64,000 nucleotides of DNA, taken from the NCBI GenBank assembly GCA_965279035.1, contig OZ257142.1, positions 2,688,001 through 2,752,000 of the forward strand. The letters are read 5' to 3'. Shown here in pieces: positions 54,436 through 64,000 of the stretch. The position numbers and the translations under genes were made by a program. The DNA comes from Bacteroidia bacterium. GTDB taxonomy: Bacteria > Bacteroidota > Bacteroidia > M30B66. The notes beneath the pieces were generated by a model. It did not search any database. It had not been told where the DNA came from and worked only from the letters and a program-made list of their open reading frames with translations. Positions within the stretch are counted from its first letter, which is position 1. Each line of letters begins with the position of its first letter.

Positions 54436-55772
54436 TCAATGTTTTACTACAAATTTTGAATACTTAGTTGCATCAACAGAAATCAAATACATGCCATCTT
54501 GCAATTGATTTACTGGAATTTGGAATGAAGTATTTCCGTTGGAGTTTAATCGTAACAAGGTTTTTCCAGATAAATCGTTGATGGAAATTGAATGATTAAA
54601 ATGATCAAGTTGAAGCTGAATAAAATTACTAGCTGGATTTGGAAAAAGATCCAATGATTTATTTGGATTTTCATTTGGTATTGCAGTCAATATTGGATTA
54701 GAACGCATACGAAGAGCGTTTTTACAATCGCCGAAATTGCGCATTAAATCGAAATACATTCCATCGTTATAATTGAGAATTGGATTTGAAACGGTTGTTC
54801 CAGTATGAATGTCCACGCCTAATAATTGATCACCATTACTGAAATAATAGGTGTCGGTTGAAGGATCGATGGTTGCACCTGCATTGAGTGAATATCCACC
54901 AGATACAATTGAAGCAGGTGAAATAATCGTAACGTTTCCAGTAGCTATATCAATTTTACCTAAGCGAACAGTTGCAGAATCCAAAAATTGGGTAGGAAAA
55001 CCTAAAATGGAATCAAATTCTGTAGAGAAATAATTTTTCCGAACTAATCCATAAAGGGAGGTATCTGAGCAACTGTATGTGAAATTATCGAAGATTATTC
55101 CATCGAGATCTTGAATAGGAACATTGTTGTAAACTTCTCCGGTGTACAAATCCAAACCGATTAAATTGGAACCTATAGAGAAATAATATACCATTTCGTA
55201 AGGATTAATGGCGCTACCTGCAAGTGCATACCCTTGAGCAACAGAATTAGGTGAAATTTGAGTAATGACGCCTGTTGTTGTATTGATTTTAGCTAAATAC
55301 ACTTCACCATTTGTTTCAGAAGTAATTGGATCGGTGTAAAAACGACGAGCTAAACCGTAGAGTGTAGAATCAGAATTGTTGAACCGAAAATTCTCGAAAT
55401 AGCTTTCTGCAATTGGATTAGAAATAGTTACCCGATTCAGAATTTCTCCGTCGGTTAGAGAAATGACTAGCATTTGAGTTGAGCCCATAAAAATATAGGT
55501 GCTATCGTATGGATTAAAGCTGCGCCTGTTAAATTAACAGCTTCATTCATTTGCTCCGGTCCAATGCTGGTAACTAAACCAGTAGCATGATCGACTTTAC
55601 CAAGGCGAATGCTTGACGAATCGAGTTGCTGATAAATAATTGAGGAATCAATTGGATTGATCACATCGCTGAAATAATTCTTGCGAACAACTCCGAATGT
55701 AGTTCCATTAATTTGTGAATAGGCTGATGAAAATAGGGCAATACAGAATGAAAGCAGGTAGATTTTTTTCAT
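54436..55772 (-). pseudogene. T9SS-secreted beta-propeller-like repeat protein with a 1-bp frameshift
   Basis: The signal-peptide ORF (MKKIYLL.., ATG 55772) and the CTD ORF (LFPNPA) join if one A is restored at about 55514-55515. This gives GAALNPYDSTYIFMG, matching internal repeats GSAINPYEMVYYF and GATIDPSTDTYYF. Repaired length 445 aa. Confidence 0.85.
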
Positions 55773-55918
55773 ATTGAATAAGGTAGAAATCAAATAACAA
55801 GGAAAATAATTAGTTGTTCAAAATAACGAAATTCAATTCATCAAAAGAATCTTCACAGGTAAAGAATGAAATTCTTCCATTACAAGAAACTAATTTAACT
55901 CAAACATTCAATTTATCT

Positions 55919-57289
55919 CACACCCGTCCAAGACGTTTTAAAATAGGGTAAAAAAATAGAGTTGGTCCGGATTAAATCCGGTATGTTTGAGTTACGACAC
56001 AAAAACATAAACCAACTCCGGCATGAAGATCACATTATTTGCTCAGATATTCCAAAAAATTAAGCGAGATTCTTTCAATAAACTAGTAGAAAAGTTTGAG
56101 TCCAATAAACATTGTAAAGGCAATGATGCTTGGTCTCACTTTGTGACAATGGTTTTTTGCCAGTTTTCCAAGTCTAATAGCTTAAATGACGTTTGCAATG
56201 GAATGCGATCAGCAACAGGCGATTTAAATCATCTGGGAGTGTCAAAAGCCATGAGGCGATCATCGTTGGCATATAATAACCAACATCGCAACTGGGAGCT
56301 GTTTCAAGCGATGTATTTTAACTTGTATGAGCAGTTTGAATCAACCTTAAAAACAAGCCGAAAGCTGCTTCCCAAACGTAAAATCTATCTGCTCGATTCA
56401 ACCACGATTGACCTTTGTCTTAAAGTGTTCGACTGGGCACTATTTCGAAAGAAGAAGGGAGCTATAAAACTTCACACAGTCCTTGACTTTGACGGCTGTA
56501 TGCCCGTTTTTGCTGATTTGAGTGATGGCAAAAAGCACGATGTAAATGCAGCACATGATATTGAATTTCCCACAGGAAGCATTGTTGTAGCTGATAGAGG
56601 ATATGTCGATTTTAACTGGATGAGAAAATTAGATGAACAAGGAGTATTCTTTGTTATTCGAGGAAAAGAAAACATTCAGTTTGAACTTTATGAGCGAACT
56701 AAGAGCCCAACCGATGAAGCAAATCCAGACTTGCAATACGACTGGAAAGGCTTTTTGAGTTTACCTCAATCAAAAGAAAAATACCCGCAAAAGCTCCGAA
56801 TGGTTCAGATCTGGGATGAAGAACAACAGATATATCTTGAACTTCTTACAAACAATTTTTCTTGGACAGCATCGACCATTTCAGAACTATATAAACGTAG
56901 ATGGAGCATCGAATCGTTCTTCAAGGAGATCAAAACACACCTGAAAATCAAGTCTTTCATAGGAACCAGCATGAATGCTGTTCTGATACAGATTTGGACA
57001 GCACTAATCACCATACTGCTTTTAAAGACACTTCAAAAGGAAGCAAAACACTCTTGGCACCTCTCAAATTTGGTGTCCTTTATTCGATTAAATCTCTTTG
57101 TGAAAATTGACCTCAAAAAATGGCTTGATAAACCCTTTTTAGATGATGACGAAATTGATAAACTGGAATTACAAATGTCCCTTTTTTAAATTATAGAGGG
57201 TTTAATTTTCAAAAGAGCGTTCTTTGATGAGTAATCTCGCATCAAATCAGGATTGTATTTTCGTTATACAAACGTCTTGGACGGGTGTG
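55919..57289 (+). mobile_element. IS4-family insertion sequence, copy 4
   Basis: Same TIRs, 1,371 bp. TSD AATTTATCT at 55910-55918 and 57290-57298. Confidence 0.96.
56023..57189 (+). CDS. IS4-family DDE transposase
   Basis: 388 aa, identical to the other copies. Confidence 0.95.
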   Translation: MKITLFAQIFQKIKRDSFNKLVEKFESNKHCKGNDAWSHFVTMVFCQFSKSNSLNDVCNGMRSATGDLNHLGVSKAMRRSSLAYNNQHRNWELFQAMYFNLYEQFESTLKTSRKLLPKRKIYLLDSTTIDLCLKVFDWALFRKKKGAIKLHTVLDFDGCMPVFADLSDGKKHDVNAAHDIEFPTGSIVVADRGYVDFNWMRKLDEQGVFFVIRGKENIQFELYERTKSPTDEANPDLQYDWKGFLSLPQSKEKYPQKLRMVQIWDEEQQIYLELLTNNFSWTASTISELYKRRWSIESFFKEIKTHLKIKSFIGTSMNAVLIQIWTALITILLLKTLQKEAKHSWHLSNLVSFIRLNLFVKIDLKKWLDKPFLDDDEIDKLELQMSLF

Positions 57290-57296
57290 AATTTAT

Positions 57297-58052
57297 CTAT
57301 ACTTTAAATGAAAATCGCTTAAGGGTTTCCAATAATTCATCTTTGCGTCTACGTGCAACGGGTAAATGACTTCCATCTTGCATTACTACTTCTCCCCCTT
57401 CACCACGATGATATTCTTTTAAATGCTCCAAGTGAATAATATAAGAATGATGAACTCGGAAAAATAATTGAGTTGGTAAAATATCTTCAAATTCACGTAA
57501 TGTTTTAGATGATAATATTTTTTGTGTTAATGTGTGGATATAAGTATAGTTTCCATCAGCTGCTAAATACGTAATATCAGAGAAATTCAAAAATAATAAT
57601 CCTTGTCCGGTAGTTATAGCGAGTGTTTTAGGTATTTGCCCTTGTTGAAGATTCTTTAGTAAAAATTCTAATCGTTTGTCCTGAGATTGATTTGACAAAC
57701 TCGATTTAACTCGTTCAACAGCCGCTTTTAAATCATCTACATCAATGGGTTTTACTAAATAATCAATTGCACTGAAACGAATGGCTTGAATAGCATAATG
57801 ATCGTAGGCTGTAGTGAATATTACTTGAAAGGAACGATCTTTTACTTGTTCAAGGAAGGAAAATCCATTCATAAGAGGCATTTCAATATCTAGAAATACT
57901 AAATCAGGATTGAATTTTACGATAGCATCTAAACCTTCTTGCGCAGAATTGCACATGCACACTAACTCCACATCCTGACAATGCAATAAGATTTTATTCT
58001 GTAACGCTTCACGACTGGGACGTTCGTCGTCGATTAGTATAGCTTTAATCAT
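57297..58052 (-). CDS. LytTR-family response regulator
   Basis: Receiver (IDDE, FLDIEMP, TTAYDHYAIQA, DYLVKP) plus LytTR domain (ADGNYT, FFRVHHSYII, LPVARRRK). Confidence 0.93.
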   Translation of the reverse strand: MIKAILIDDERPSREALQNKILLHCQDVELVCMCNSAQEGLDAIVKFNPDLVFLDIEMPLMNGFSFLEQVKDRSFQVIFTTAYDHYAIQAIRFSAIDYLVKPIDVDDLKAAVERVKSSLSNQSQDKRLEFLLKNLQQGQIPKTLAITTGQGLLFLNFSDITYLAADGNYTYIHTLTQKILSSKTLREFEDILPTQLFFRVHHSYIIHLEHLKEYHRGEGGEVVMQDGSHLPVARRRKDELLETLKRFSFKV

Positions 58053-58058
58053 GAATTT

Positions 58059-61000
58059 CTATGTTTGAAGACGAACAATTACGCGTGTTCCGGCGGCACT
58101 TCCATCGGGATCATAAAGATCAATAGTTTCAATAGAACTACTACCTAATCGGGTTGTGTAGAAGGCAATTCGCTCCGAACTAATTTGAACACCTAAGGAT
58201 GGTCGATCTTTCGAATGAGCTGATTTAATTTTTAAAGCAGCATCGCGACCAATGCCGTTATCTTCTATCGTATAAACGAGTTCCTCACCTATAATTTGAG
58301 CTAATATTTTTAGATTCTTATCACCATCCATTTTATGAAGTAAGCCGTGATGCAAAGCATTTTCAATAAATGGTTGAATTAATAATGGTGGCACGCGATA
58401 ATCACCTTGCAGTAATTCGGCGTCTGCTTCAAATGTCAAGATAATTGAACCATCCTGACGTAATTGTTCTAATTCCAAATAGATGCGAATAGTTTCCCAA
58501 TCTTTCCTAAATGGAATTTCCGTTGAACGAGAATGATCCAGCACATCACGAATGAGACGTGCAAACCGATGCAAATATTTTGCTGCATTTAACGAATCAT
58601 TTTGTTGGATAAGATTGTCAATGGAATTCAAACAATTAAAAATAAAATGCGGATTCATTTGAGCTCGGAGAGCAGCCATTTCGGTTTCGGCTATACGTTG
58701 CTTTAATTGAGCTTTCGTCCGAATAGCTATTAATCGTCGGCGAATAATTAAATAAGCAATAAATGCAAATAAACCAATACTTAAAGCGATAAACCACGTT
58801 TTCCTCCAAAACGGAGTTTGAATGATAAATTGCCAAGTTACAGGCTTGCTCCATGAATGGTGAATATTTGCAGCACGTATTTGAATGGTGTAGTCACCCG
58901 GTGGTAAATTAATTAAACTCAATTCCCGCTCATTGGTATTTTTCCAAGCAGTATCCGTATTAATCAAATATTGAAAATGTAACTTATCGGGCAATGTATA
59001 ATCGATCGCTCCAAATTGAATGGTAATAGAATTTTGATCTGAATTTAAAATTGTATTTTCATTGATAGACAATAAACTATCACCCAATAAAACACTTCGA
59101 ATATATACTTCCGGATTTTTAATTCCAGTTGCAAATTGTTTTTCTCTTACTTGAAAATAACCGTTCATAGTTCCAAAAAGAAGTTCGCCATTTCGCATAC
59201 GAGAAGGCTTAAACACTTCTTGATCAGTCCATCCTGATTCTGTTCCAAAAGAGGTAAAAGTTTGACTTTGTTGATTAAATAAATTAATCGAACCAGGACA
59301 TGCCACCCAAATACGACCATTTACATCATGAGAGCACCAATAAGTAATGTCGGAAGGTAGCCCATGTTGTTGATTATACTGATACATTAATTTTTTATCT
59401 GCATCATATCGAGCAATTCCATTTCCAAGGCTACACATCCAAATAGAACCATCATTCGCTAATTCCAAATCCAGAATAGGATAACCGGGTAAAGACTGTG
59501 GATTATTCTTTTGATATTTCAGCCAAAAGGAAGAATTATCTGATAGATTTAAGCAATAAACACCTTGATTTTCGGTAGCAATCCAAAGTCTATTATGTTT
59601 TAAATCGTATTTAATTCCAATGTAGCGAAAATCACTGTTTGCGGATTTTATATCCACCATTTTTTTGAACTTAAAATCGGGAGAAATTTGAAAAACTCCA
59701 TCCGTCCAACTACAAGCGTATGCAAAACCTTGAGAATCAAAAACGATATCCCAAAAAGCTCGATTTTTACTCTTAACAGGAGATTCAGGCAAGTTTACTT
59801 TTTGCCAGTTGCTCGAATTTGCTTGATGAATGAGTACTTCATTACGCATACATACCCATCGATTTCCTCGTGGATCTTCTCGAATGGCAGAAATAAAGTC
59901 GATATCATAGTGTCCAATTTTTTTAGAAGAAATCGGCCTTTCACTTTTATTTACGAGCGTAACTAGTTGATTTGAATAAACCGAAACTGCTTGGATTTCC
60001 TGTTTTGATTCATCTTCGATAAACTGTGTATAAAAGTGATCAACTCCTGTTGTAGAAATCGGTATAAAATCAAATAGAGGCGCATCTAAAGAGCGATAAA
60101 TACCATGACGAGTTGCTATCCATAATCGATTATTTTTTCCTTCAATAAAAAGCGATTGAGGAACAATAGTTAATGGTTCATTACTCAAACCAGATAGTGG
60201 AAAAGAGCTGAAAGTTCCTTCTGGTAGACTGAAAATAATAATTCGATTTCGAGAAATTCCAATTAATTTATTGGATGATATTAAATTTAAAGAATATACC
60301 GATTGTAATGTACTAGAATCAAGTAACGAATCAGGTAATAACCACGAGTTCCATATATTATTCTGTAAATCATATCCAACAATTCCTTTATTATAGGAAC
60401 CCATCCAAAGCTTTTCATTTGAATAGGAATAAAGATAAAGTCCTTGAAAATCTTTTAATAAGTCGCTTGGATAATAGTGGAATTGATTTGTTGAAGTTGA
60501 AAAACTAAAAAGTCCGTTTGTAGCAAGCAACCATAATTCATTGTATGATTTCGGAATAATTGAAATCCCTTGAAGAATAGGTTTAAAAGAAGGGACTTGC
60601 TTTTTAACAAAATTACGCCAACCTGATGATCGGTAAGTTCCTGACTTTAAATCCAAAATTAGAAAATCGCCAATTGAACCTATCCATGCTTGTGACTGAT
60701 GTGTATCAATATAACAGGAAGTAATTTGATTGGAAATAAGAGAATCAGGTAAAGGATAAGTTTTGAAATCGAATCCTGTATTGACGTGTTTACTAAGTTG
60801 ATTTCCCTGAATTATCCAAAGATTTCTATTTTCATCAAGCACGATATCCTTAATAGCACCTGTTGAGATTGATTGTATATTATTATCATCGTGTAAAACA
60901 GAAATAAATCTATTTCCATCAAATCGAGCAAGTCCGTTTGTCGTTAAAACCCAAGTAAAACCTTCCTTATCGGTCAAAATTTTACTTACTTCATTCGAGG

Positions 61001-61127
61001 GTAATCCATCACGTGAAGAATAATGATACATCCGATTGCTAAATCTCTGAGCAAGTGCATGCTGACAAGTGGATAAATAAATTATCAACCCACTGATTAA
61101 GCATAATAACTGTCTACCGAACTGCAT
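58059..61127 (-). CDS. LytS-type sensor histidine kinase with periplasmic beta-propeller and Y_Y_Y domain
   Basis: DGLPSN / GFTWV propeller repeats, LPPGDYTIQIRA, PFWRKTWF TM, ALRAQMNPHFIFNCLNSI, QPFIENALHHG, EDNGIG. Confidence 0.93.
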   Translation of the reverse strand: MQFGRQLLCLISGLIIYLSTCQHALAQRFSNRMYHYSSRDGLPSNEVSKILTDKEGFTWVLTTNGLARFDGNRFISVLHDDNNIQSISTGAIKDIVLDENRNLWIIQGNQLSKHVNTGFDFKTYPLPDSLISNQITSCYIDTHQSQAWIGSIGDFLILDLKSGTYRSSGWRNFVKKQVPSFKPILQGISIIPKSYNELWLLATNGLFSFSTSTNQFHYYPSDLLKDFQGLYLYSYSNEKLWMGSYNKGIVGYDLQNNIWNSWLLPDSLLDSSTLQSVYSLNLISSNKLIGISRNRIIIFSLPEGTFSSFPLSGLSNEPLTIVPQSLFIEGKNNRLWIATRHGIYRSLDAPLFDFIPISTTGVDHFYTQFIEDESKQEIQAVSVYSNQLVTLVNKSERPISSKKIGHYDIDFISAIREDPRGNRWVCMRNEVLIHQANSSNWQKVNLPESPVKSKNRAFWDIVFDSQGFAYACSWTDGVFQISPDFKFKKMVDIKSANSDFRYIGIKYDLKHNRLWIATENQGVYCLNLSDNSSFWLKYQKNNPQSLPGYPILDLELANDGSIWMCSLGNGIARYDADKKLMYQYNQQHGLPSDITYWCSHDVNGRIWVACPGSINLFNQQSQTFTSFGTESGWTDQEVFKPSRMRNGELLFGTMNGYFQVREKQFATGIKNPEVYIRSVLLGDSLLSINENTILNSDQNSITIQFGAIDYTLPDKLHFQYLINTDTAWKNTNERELSLINLPPGDYTIQIRAANIHHSWSKPVTWQFIIQTPFWRKTWFIALSIGLFAFIAYLIIRRRLIAIRTKAQLKQRIAETEMAALRAQMNPHFIFNCLNSIDNLIQQNDSLNAAKYLHRFARLIRDVLDHSRSTEIPFRKDWETIRIYLELEQLRQDGSIILTFEADAELLQGDYRVPPLLIQPFIENALHHGLLHKMDGDKNLKILAQIIGEELVYTIEDNGIGRDAALKIKSAHSKDRPSLGVQISSERIAFYTTRLGSSSIETIDLYDPDGSAAGTRVIVRLQT

Positions 61128-61191
61128 TGGCTAAATATACCATTTCTTCAAGCCCAAATTCTCTCGCAAGAAATCAGTTAGAATGAGGATT

Positions 61192-62715
61192 CTATTGCTT
61201 GATAAACTTGATAGTTTGAATGGATTTACTCGTTTGAATATTAACCATATAAATTCCAGCATTCATAGCTGAAATATCTATCTGTACAACTTGATTTTGC
61301 GCTTTGTATTCGTTTAACAATTGACCAGAAATTGAGTAAACTTGAATCAAATCCAAATCTTCATTGAATGTATCATTTCGAATGGCGAGTACGTCTGTGA
61401 CTGGATTGGGGTATAATTGAAAATTTGAATAATCATTCGTTAAAATGGATGTTATAGCTGAAACATCTAACTGCAAAAATCCGAAATCAACAAAACCTCC
61501 TTGAGTTTCTAAAGAATATCCACCAAATAAGATTTTCCCATCTTCTTGAATAAGTATATCTTTAATTCCGCTGGAATATGCACCCATTTTCACCACTAAT
61601 TTACCATCCGAACTGAACGTATTATCGAGGTTTCCATTTTCGGTATATCGAGCGATAGCAAAATCTAAAAACGTATTAACGGAACCATCATAGCCATGTC
61701 CTGCAAGGATGATTTTTCCTTGTGCATCAATTTTCAATGCAAAGGCTTTATCCTGATAATCATCAAAGTCGGATGTAGTATGCCCATTTGAGCCAAATGA
61801 AGCATCCAAAACACCATCAGTACTCATGCAATAAACGGCAAAATCACCAGCCGAATAACCAGCCGAAATGACTTTGCCATTTGGATGTAACTCCATGGTT
61901 TCAACTACTTCGTTCAAATTTGAATTGATACTAGAAATGAGCTTTCCATTACTACCAAAATTAGTATCTAATGTACCATCTGCATTTAATCGAATCCATG
62001 CAAATGCACTATTCCCTTCACTATTATTCGCACTTCCGCCAATGAGTATTTTTCCATCCGATACTAGTAAAGCATCCTGTCCAAAATCATTAAATCCATT
62101 TAAATCATGAGTGATATATCCATTCACGCCAAATGTACTGTCAACAGTGCCATTCGCTAGAAATCGTGCAGCTGCAAAATTGAAATTTTCTCCACCATAA
62201 GCTTCACCAATAGCTAATATTTTCCCGTCATTTTGAATGAGTAGTTTGTGTGCTTTTGAGCCATTTCCTAAACCAAATGAGAGTTTCACTTTTCCATCTT
62301 CACTAAAGGTTGTATCAAAATCTCCATCGGGTAAAAGTCGAGCTAAAACCATATCTCCATTGGATGAACCACCTAGAATAATTCGATCTTGATTATCTAT
62401 TTGAAGAGCACTACAAAACTCATAGGTATATCCAAAACCAAAAGTTAGAATACCTGTTCCTTGGAATGTAGAATCAAGTGAGCCATCGTTTTTTAATCGA
62501 CAAACAACAAATGGATTTAATATATTCTCATTGTCGCCTGCTGCAATAATTTTATTTGAAGATTGGAATTCCATTTCTTCCATATAGTACGATACAAAAC
62601 CAAAGGAAACGTAGGATTTACCGTTAGTTCCAAAGGATGGATCTAATTCTTGAGCTGAAAGCTGAACTGAATTAAACAGAAAATAAATAATTCCTGTGAA
62701 AACGATTTTATTCAT
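61192..62715 (-). CDS. T9SS-secreted delta-60-repeat (beta-propeller) protein
   Basis: Repeated QxDGKIL..G / RLxxDGxLDxTFGxNG units, LYPNPV..AGIYMV CTD. Confidence 0.88.
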   Translation of the reverse strand: MNKIVFTGIIYFLFNSVQLSAQELDPSFGTNGKSYVSFGFVSYYMEEMEFQSSNKIIAAGDNENILNPFVVCRLKNDGSLDSTFQGTGILTFGFGYTYEFCSALQIDNQDRIILGGSSNGDMVLARLLPDGDFDTTFSEDGKVKLSFGLGNGSKAHKLLIQNDGKILAIGEAYGGENFNFAAARFLANGTVDSTFGVNGYITHDLNGFNDFGQDALLVSDGKILIGGSANNSEGNSAFAWIRLNADGTLDTNFGSNGKLISSINSNLNEVVETMELHPNGKVISAGYSAGDFAVYCMSTDGVLDASFGSNGHTTSDFDDYQDKAFALKIDAQGKIILAGHGYDGSVNTFLDFAIARYTENGNLDNTFSSDGKLVVKMGAYSSGIKDILIQEDGKILFGGYSLETQGGFVDFGFLQLDVSAITSILTNDYSNFQLYPNPVTDVLAIRNDTFNEDLDLIQVYSISGQLLNEYKAQNQVVQIDISAMNAGIYMVNIQTSKSIQTIKFIKQ

Positions 62716-62730
62716 AAAAATGATATGATT

Positions 62731-64000
62731 TTAAAATGAGTGTGTCACTTGAATGGTTCGTGAATACTGATCTGTATTGGTATCTATCTGAAGAAAATAA
62801 ATACCTGAAGGCAAAGAATTAACAGATAGTGAAAACGTAGCATTTAAATTCACTATTCCGGTTTGAATTTTATTTCCAAGTACATCAAAAAGAGTATAAT
62901 GGGCATCGGTGAGCTCAGTATCCATTTCGATAGTGATTAGCTCAGAAGCTGGTTGCGGATATATTTTCATGTGTGTTGAAGAATTATTTTTAAAACCTAA
63001 AGGCAAACTCTCGTCTCCGAATTTCACTACCCAAAAATCATCATCACCATGATTTCCAGTAACATCCCCATCAATAGAATTGGTTTCTCCAACCATCACC
63101 CAAGAAGAATCACTCATTTTCCTCAAACAATACGGACGTTCTAAACCGGAGCCTCCATACCAGCTTTCCCAAGTAGGAGTTCCATCTGCAGAAAATGCTT
63201 TAAGAACCATGTCCGTTCCTCCGTGTGGGGTTAATTCTCCGGGCGATTCAGGTGCATAAATTTCATTGGCTGTTATATAGGAACCATCACTCAACTGAAT
63301 TCCAGAAAAACTACCATCGAAACTAATTCCACCAAAACACTGCTGCCATTCAACAATTCCTAGTTGACTTAATTTCGCCACCCAGCAATCGTAAAACCCA
63401 CTATTGCTAGTCAAATCACCATCAGCCGAAGAGCTTTCTGCTAATAATAAATATTCTCCATCATTAGTAGGAATAATTCCTCGTGGACGATCCATGGCTG
63501 ATCCACCAAAAACTTTAGACCATTCCAATGCACCTGTATAATCGGTTTTAATAACCCAAATATCTTGTTGTCCAAGATTAGTTGGAACATCACCATCACT
63601 CGAATTAGAAATACCTGCTATAATAAAACCTTGATCGTTCGAATTTGCTACAGCATAAGCCGTTTCAGAACTAGTTCCACCTAATAAAACGATATTCTCA
63701 ACTGCTCCAAAAAAACTAATTCGTGCAATAAATACATCACTCAATCCATGATTTCCACTAATATCGCCATCGGTTGAATAAGCATTTCCGACTACAATAA
63801 TATTCTGTCCCGAAATAGTCATTCCATAAAGTTCTTCGTTATCCGAACCTCCAATGGAAAGATCCCAAACTAGTTCACCATCAACCGATAATTTGACTAT
63901 CCAAGCATCGTAAGTTTGTCCATGATTCATACTCACATCACCATCTTGCGAAATGGTATGTCCGGCTAAAACGTATGATTCGTCGGGCAATTGAACAATA
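62731..64000 (-). CDS. T9SS-secreted repeat protein, 5' end outside the window
   Basis: Repeated SxDGDVxxNHGxxDxWVVK / WxxxxGGS units, IYPQPA..SGIYFL CTD. The frame is open to the window edge. Confidence 0.85.
   Translation of the reverse strand, partial: IVQLPDESYVLAGHTISQDGDVSMNHGQTYDAWIVKLSVDGELVWDLSIGGSDNEELYGMTISGQNIIVVGNAYSTDGDISGNHGLSDVFIARISFFGAVENIVLLGGTSSETAYAVANSNDQGFIIAGISNSSDGDVPTNLGQQDIWVIKTDYTGALEWSKVFGGSAMDRPRGIIPTNDGEYLLLAESSSADGDLTSNSGFYDCWVAKLSQLGIVEWQQCFGGISFDGSFSGIQLSDGSYITANEIYAPESPGELTPHGGTDMVLKAFSADGTPTWESWYGGSGLERPYCLRKMSDSSWVMVGETNSIDGDVTGNHGDDDFWVVKFGDESLPLGFKNNSSTHMKIYPQPASELITIEMDTELTDAHYTLFDVLGNKIQTGIVNLNATFSLSVNSLPSGIYFLQIDTNTDQYSRTIQVTHSF

Noticed and set aside
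51232-57289. Composite transposon formed by directly oriented IS copies 3 and 4 carrying two T9SS genes
   Set aside because: Each copy has its own matching TSD, and the outer flanks (ATATCGACT versus AATTTATCT) differ, so they inserted independently.

Overview
Bacteroidota chromosomal window (Bacteroidetes-type RpoD; nine genes end in a T9SS type-A C-terminal sorting domain, together about 31 kb or half the window). Left part (1-18.4 kb): two acyl-CoA synthetases, an IS-split MgtA-type P-ATPase, a TPR histidine kinase lacking its catalytic motifs, a serine hydrolase with a nonsense codon, an outer-membrane beta-barrel, a Flavo-1-like RNA candidate and a UbiD/esterase/TPM/DUF3830 cluster. Middle part (18.7-43.9 kb): an AT-rich, old tandem duplication of a two-gene module, a secreted LRR protein with conserved caps and divergent repeats facing a ~2,700-aa surface protein. 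Right part: penicillin-acylase-family gene, a GTAG-type REP cluster, rpoD, more T9SS cargo and a LytS/LytTR pair. Four 1,371-bp IS4-family copies with identical transposases are present, each with 20-bp terminal inverted repeats and its own 9-bp target duplication. Five genes each carry a single lesion (2 IS, 2 nonsense, 1 frameshift), suggesting a recent IS burst and early gene decay. I saw no CRISPR, tRNA or rRNA. Family names come from motif recognition by eye, not database searches.
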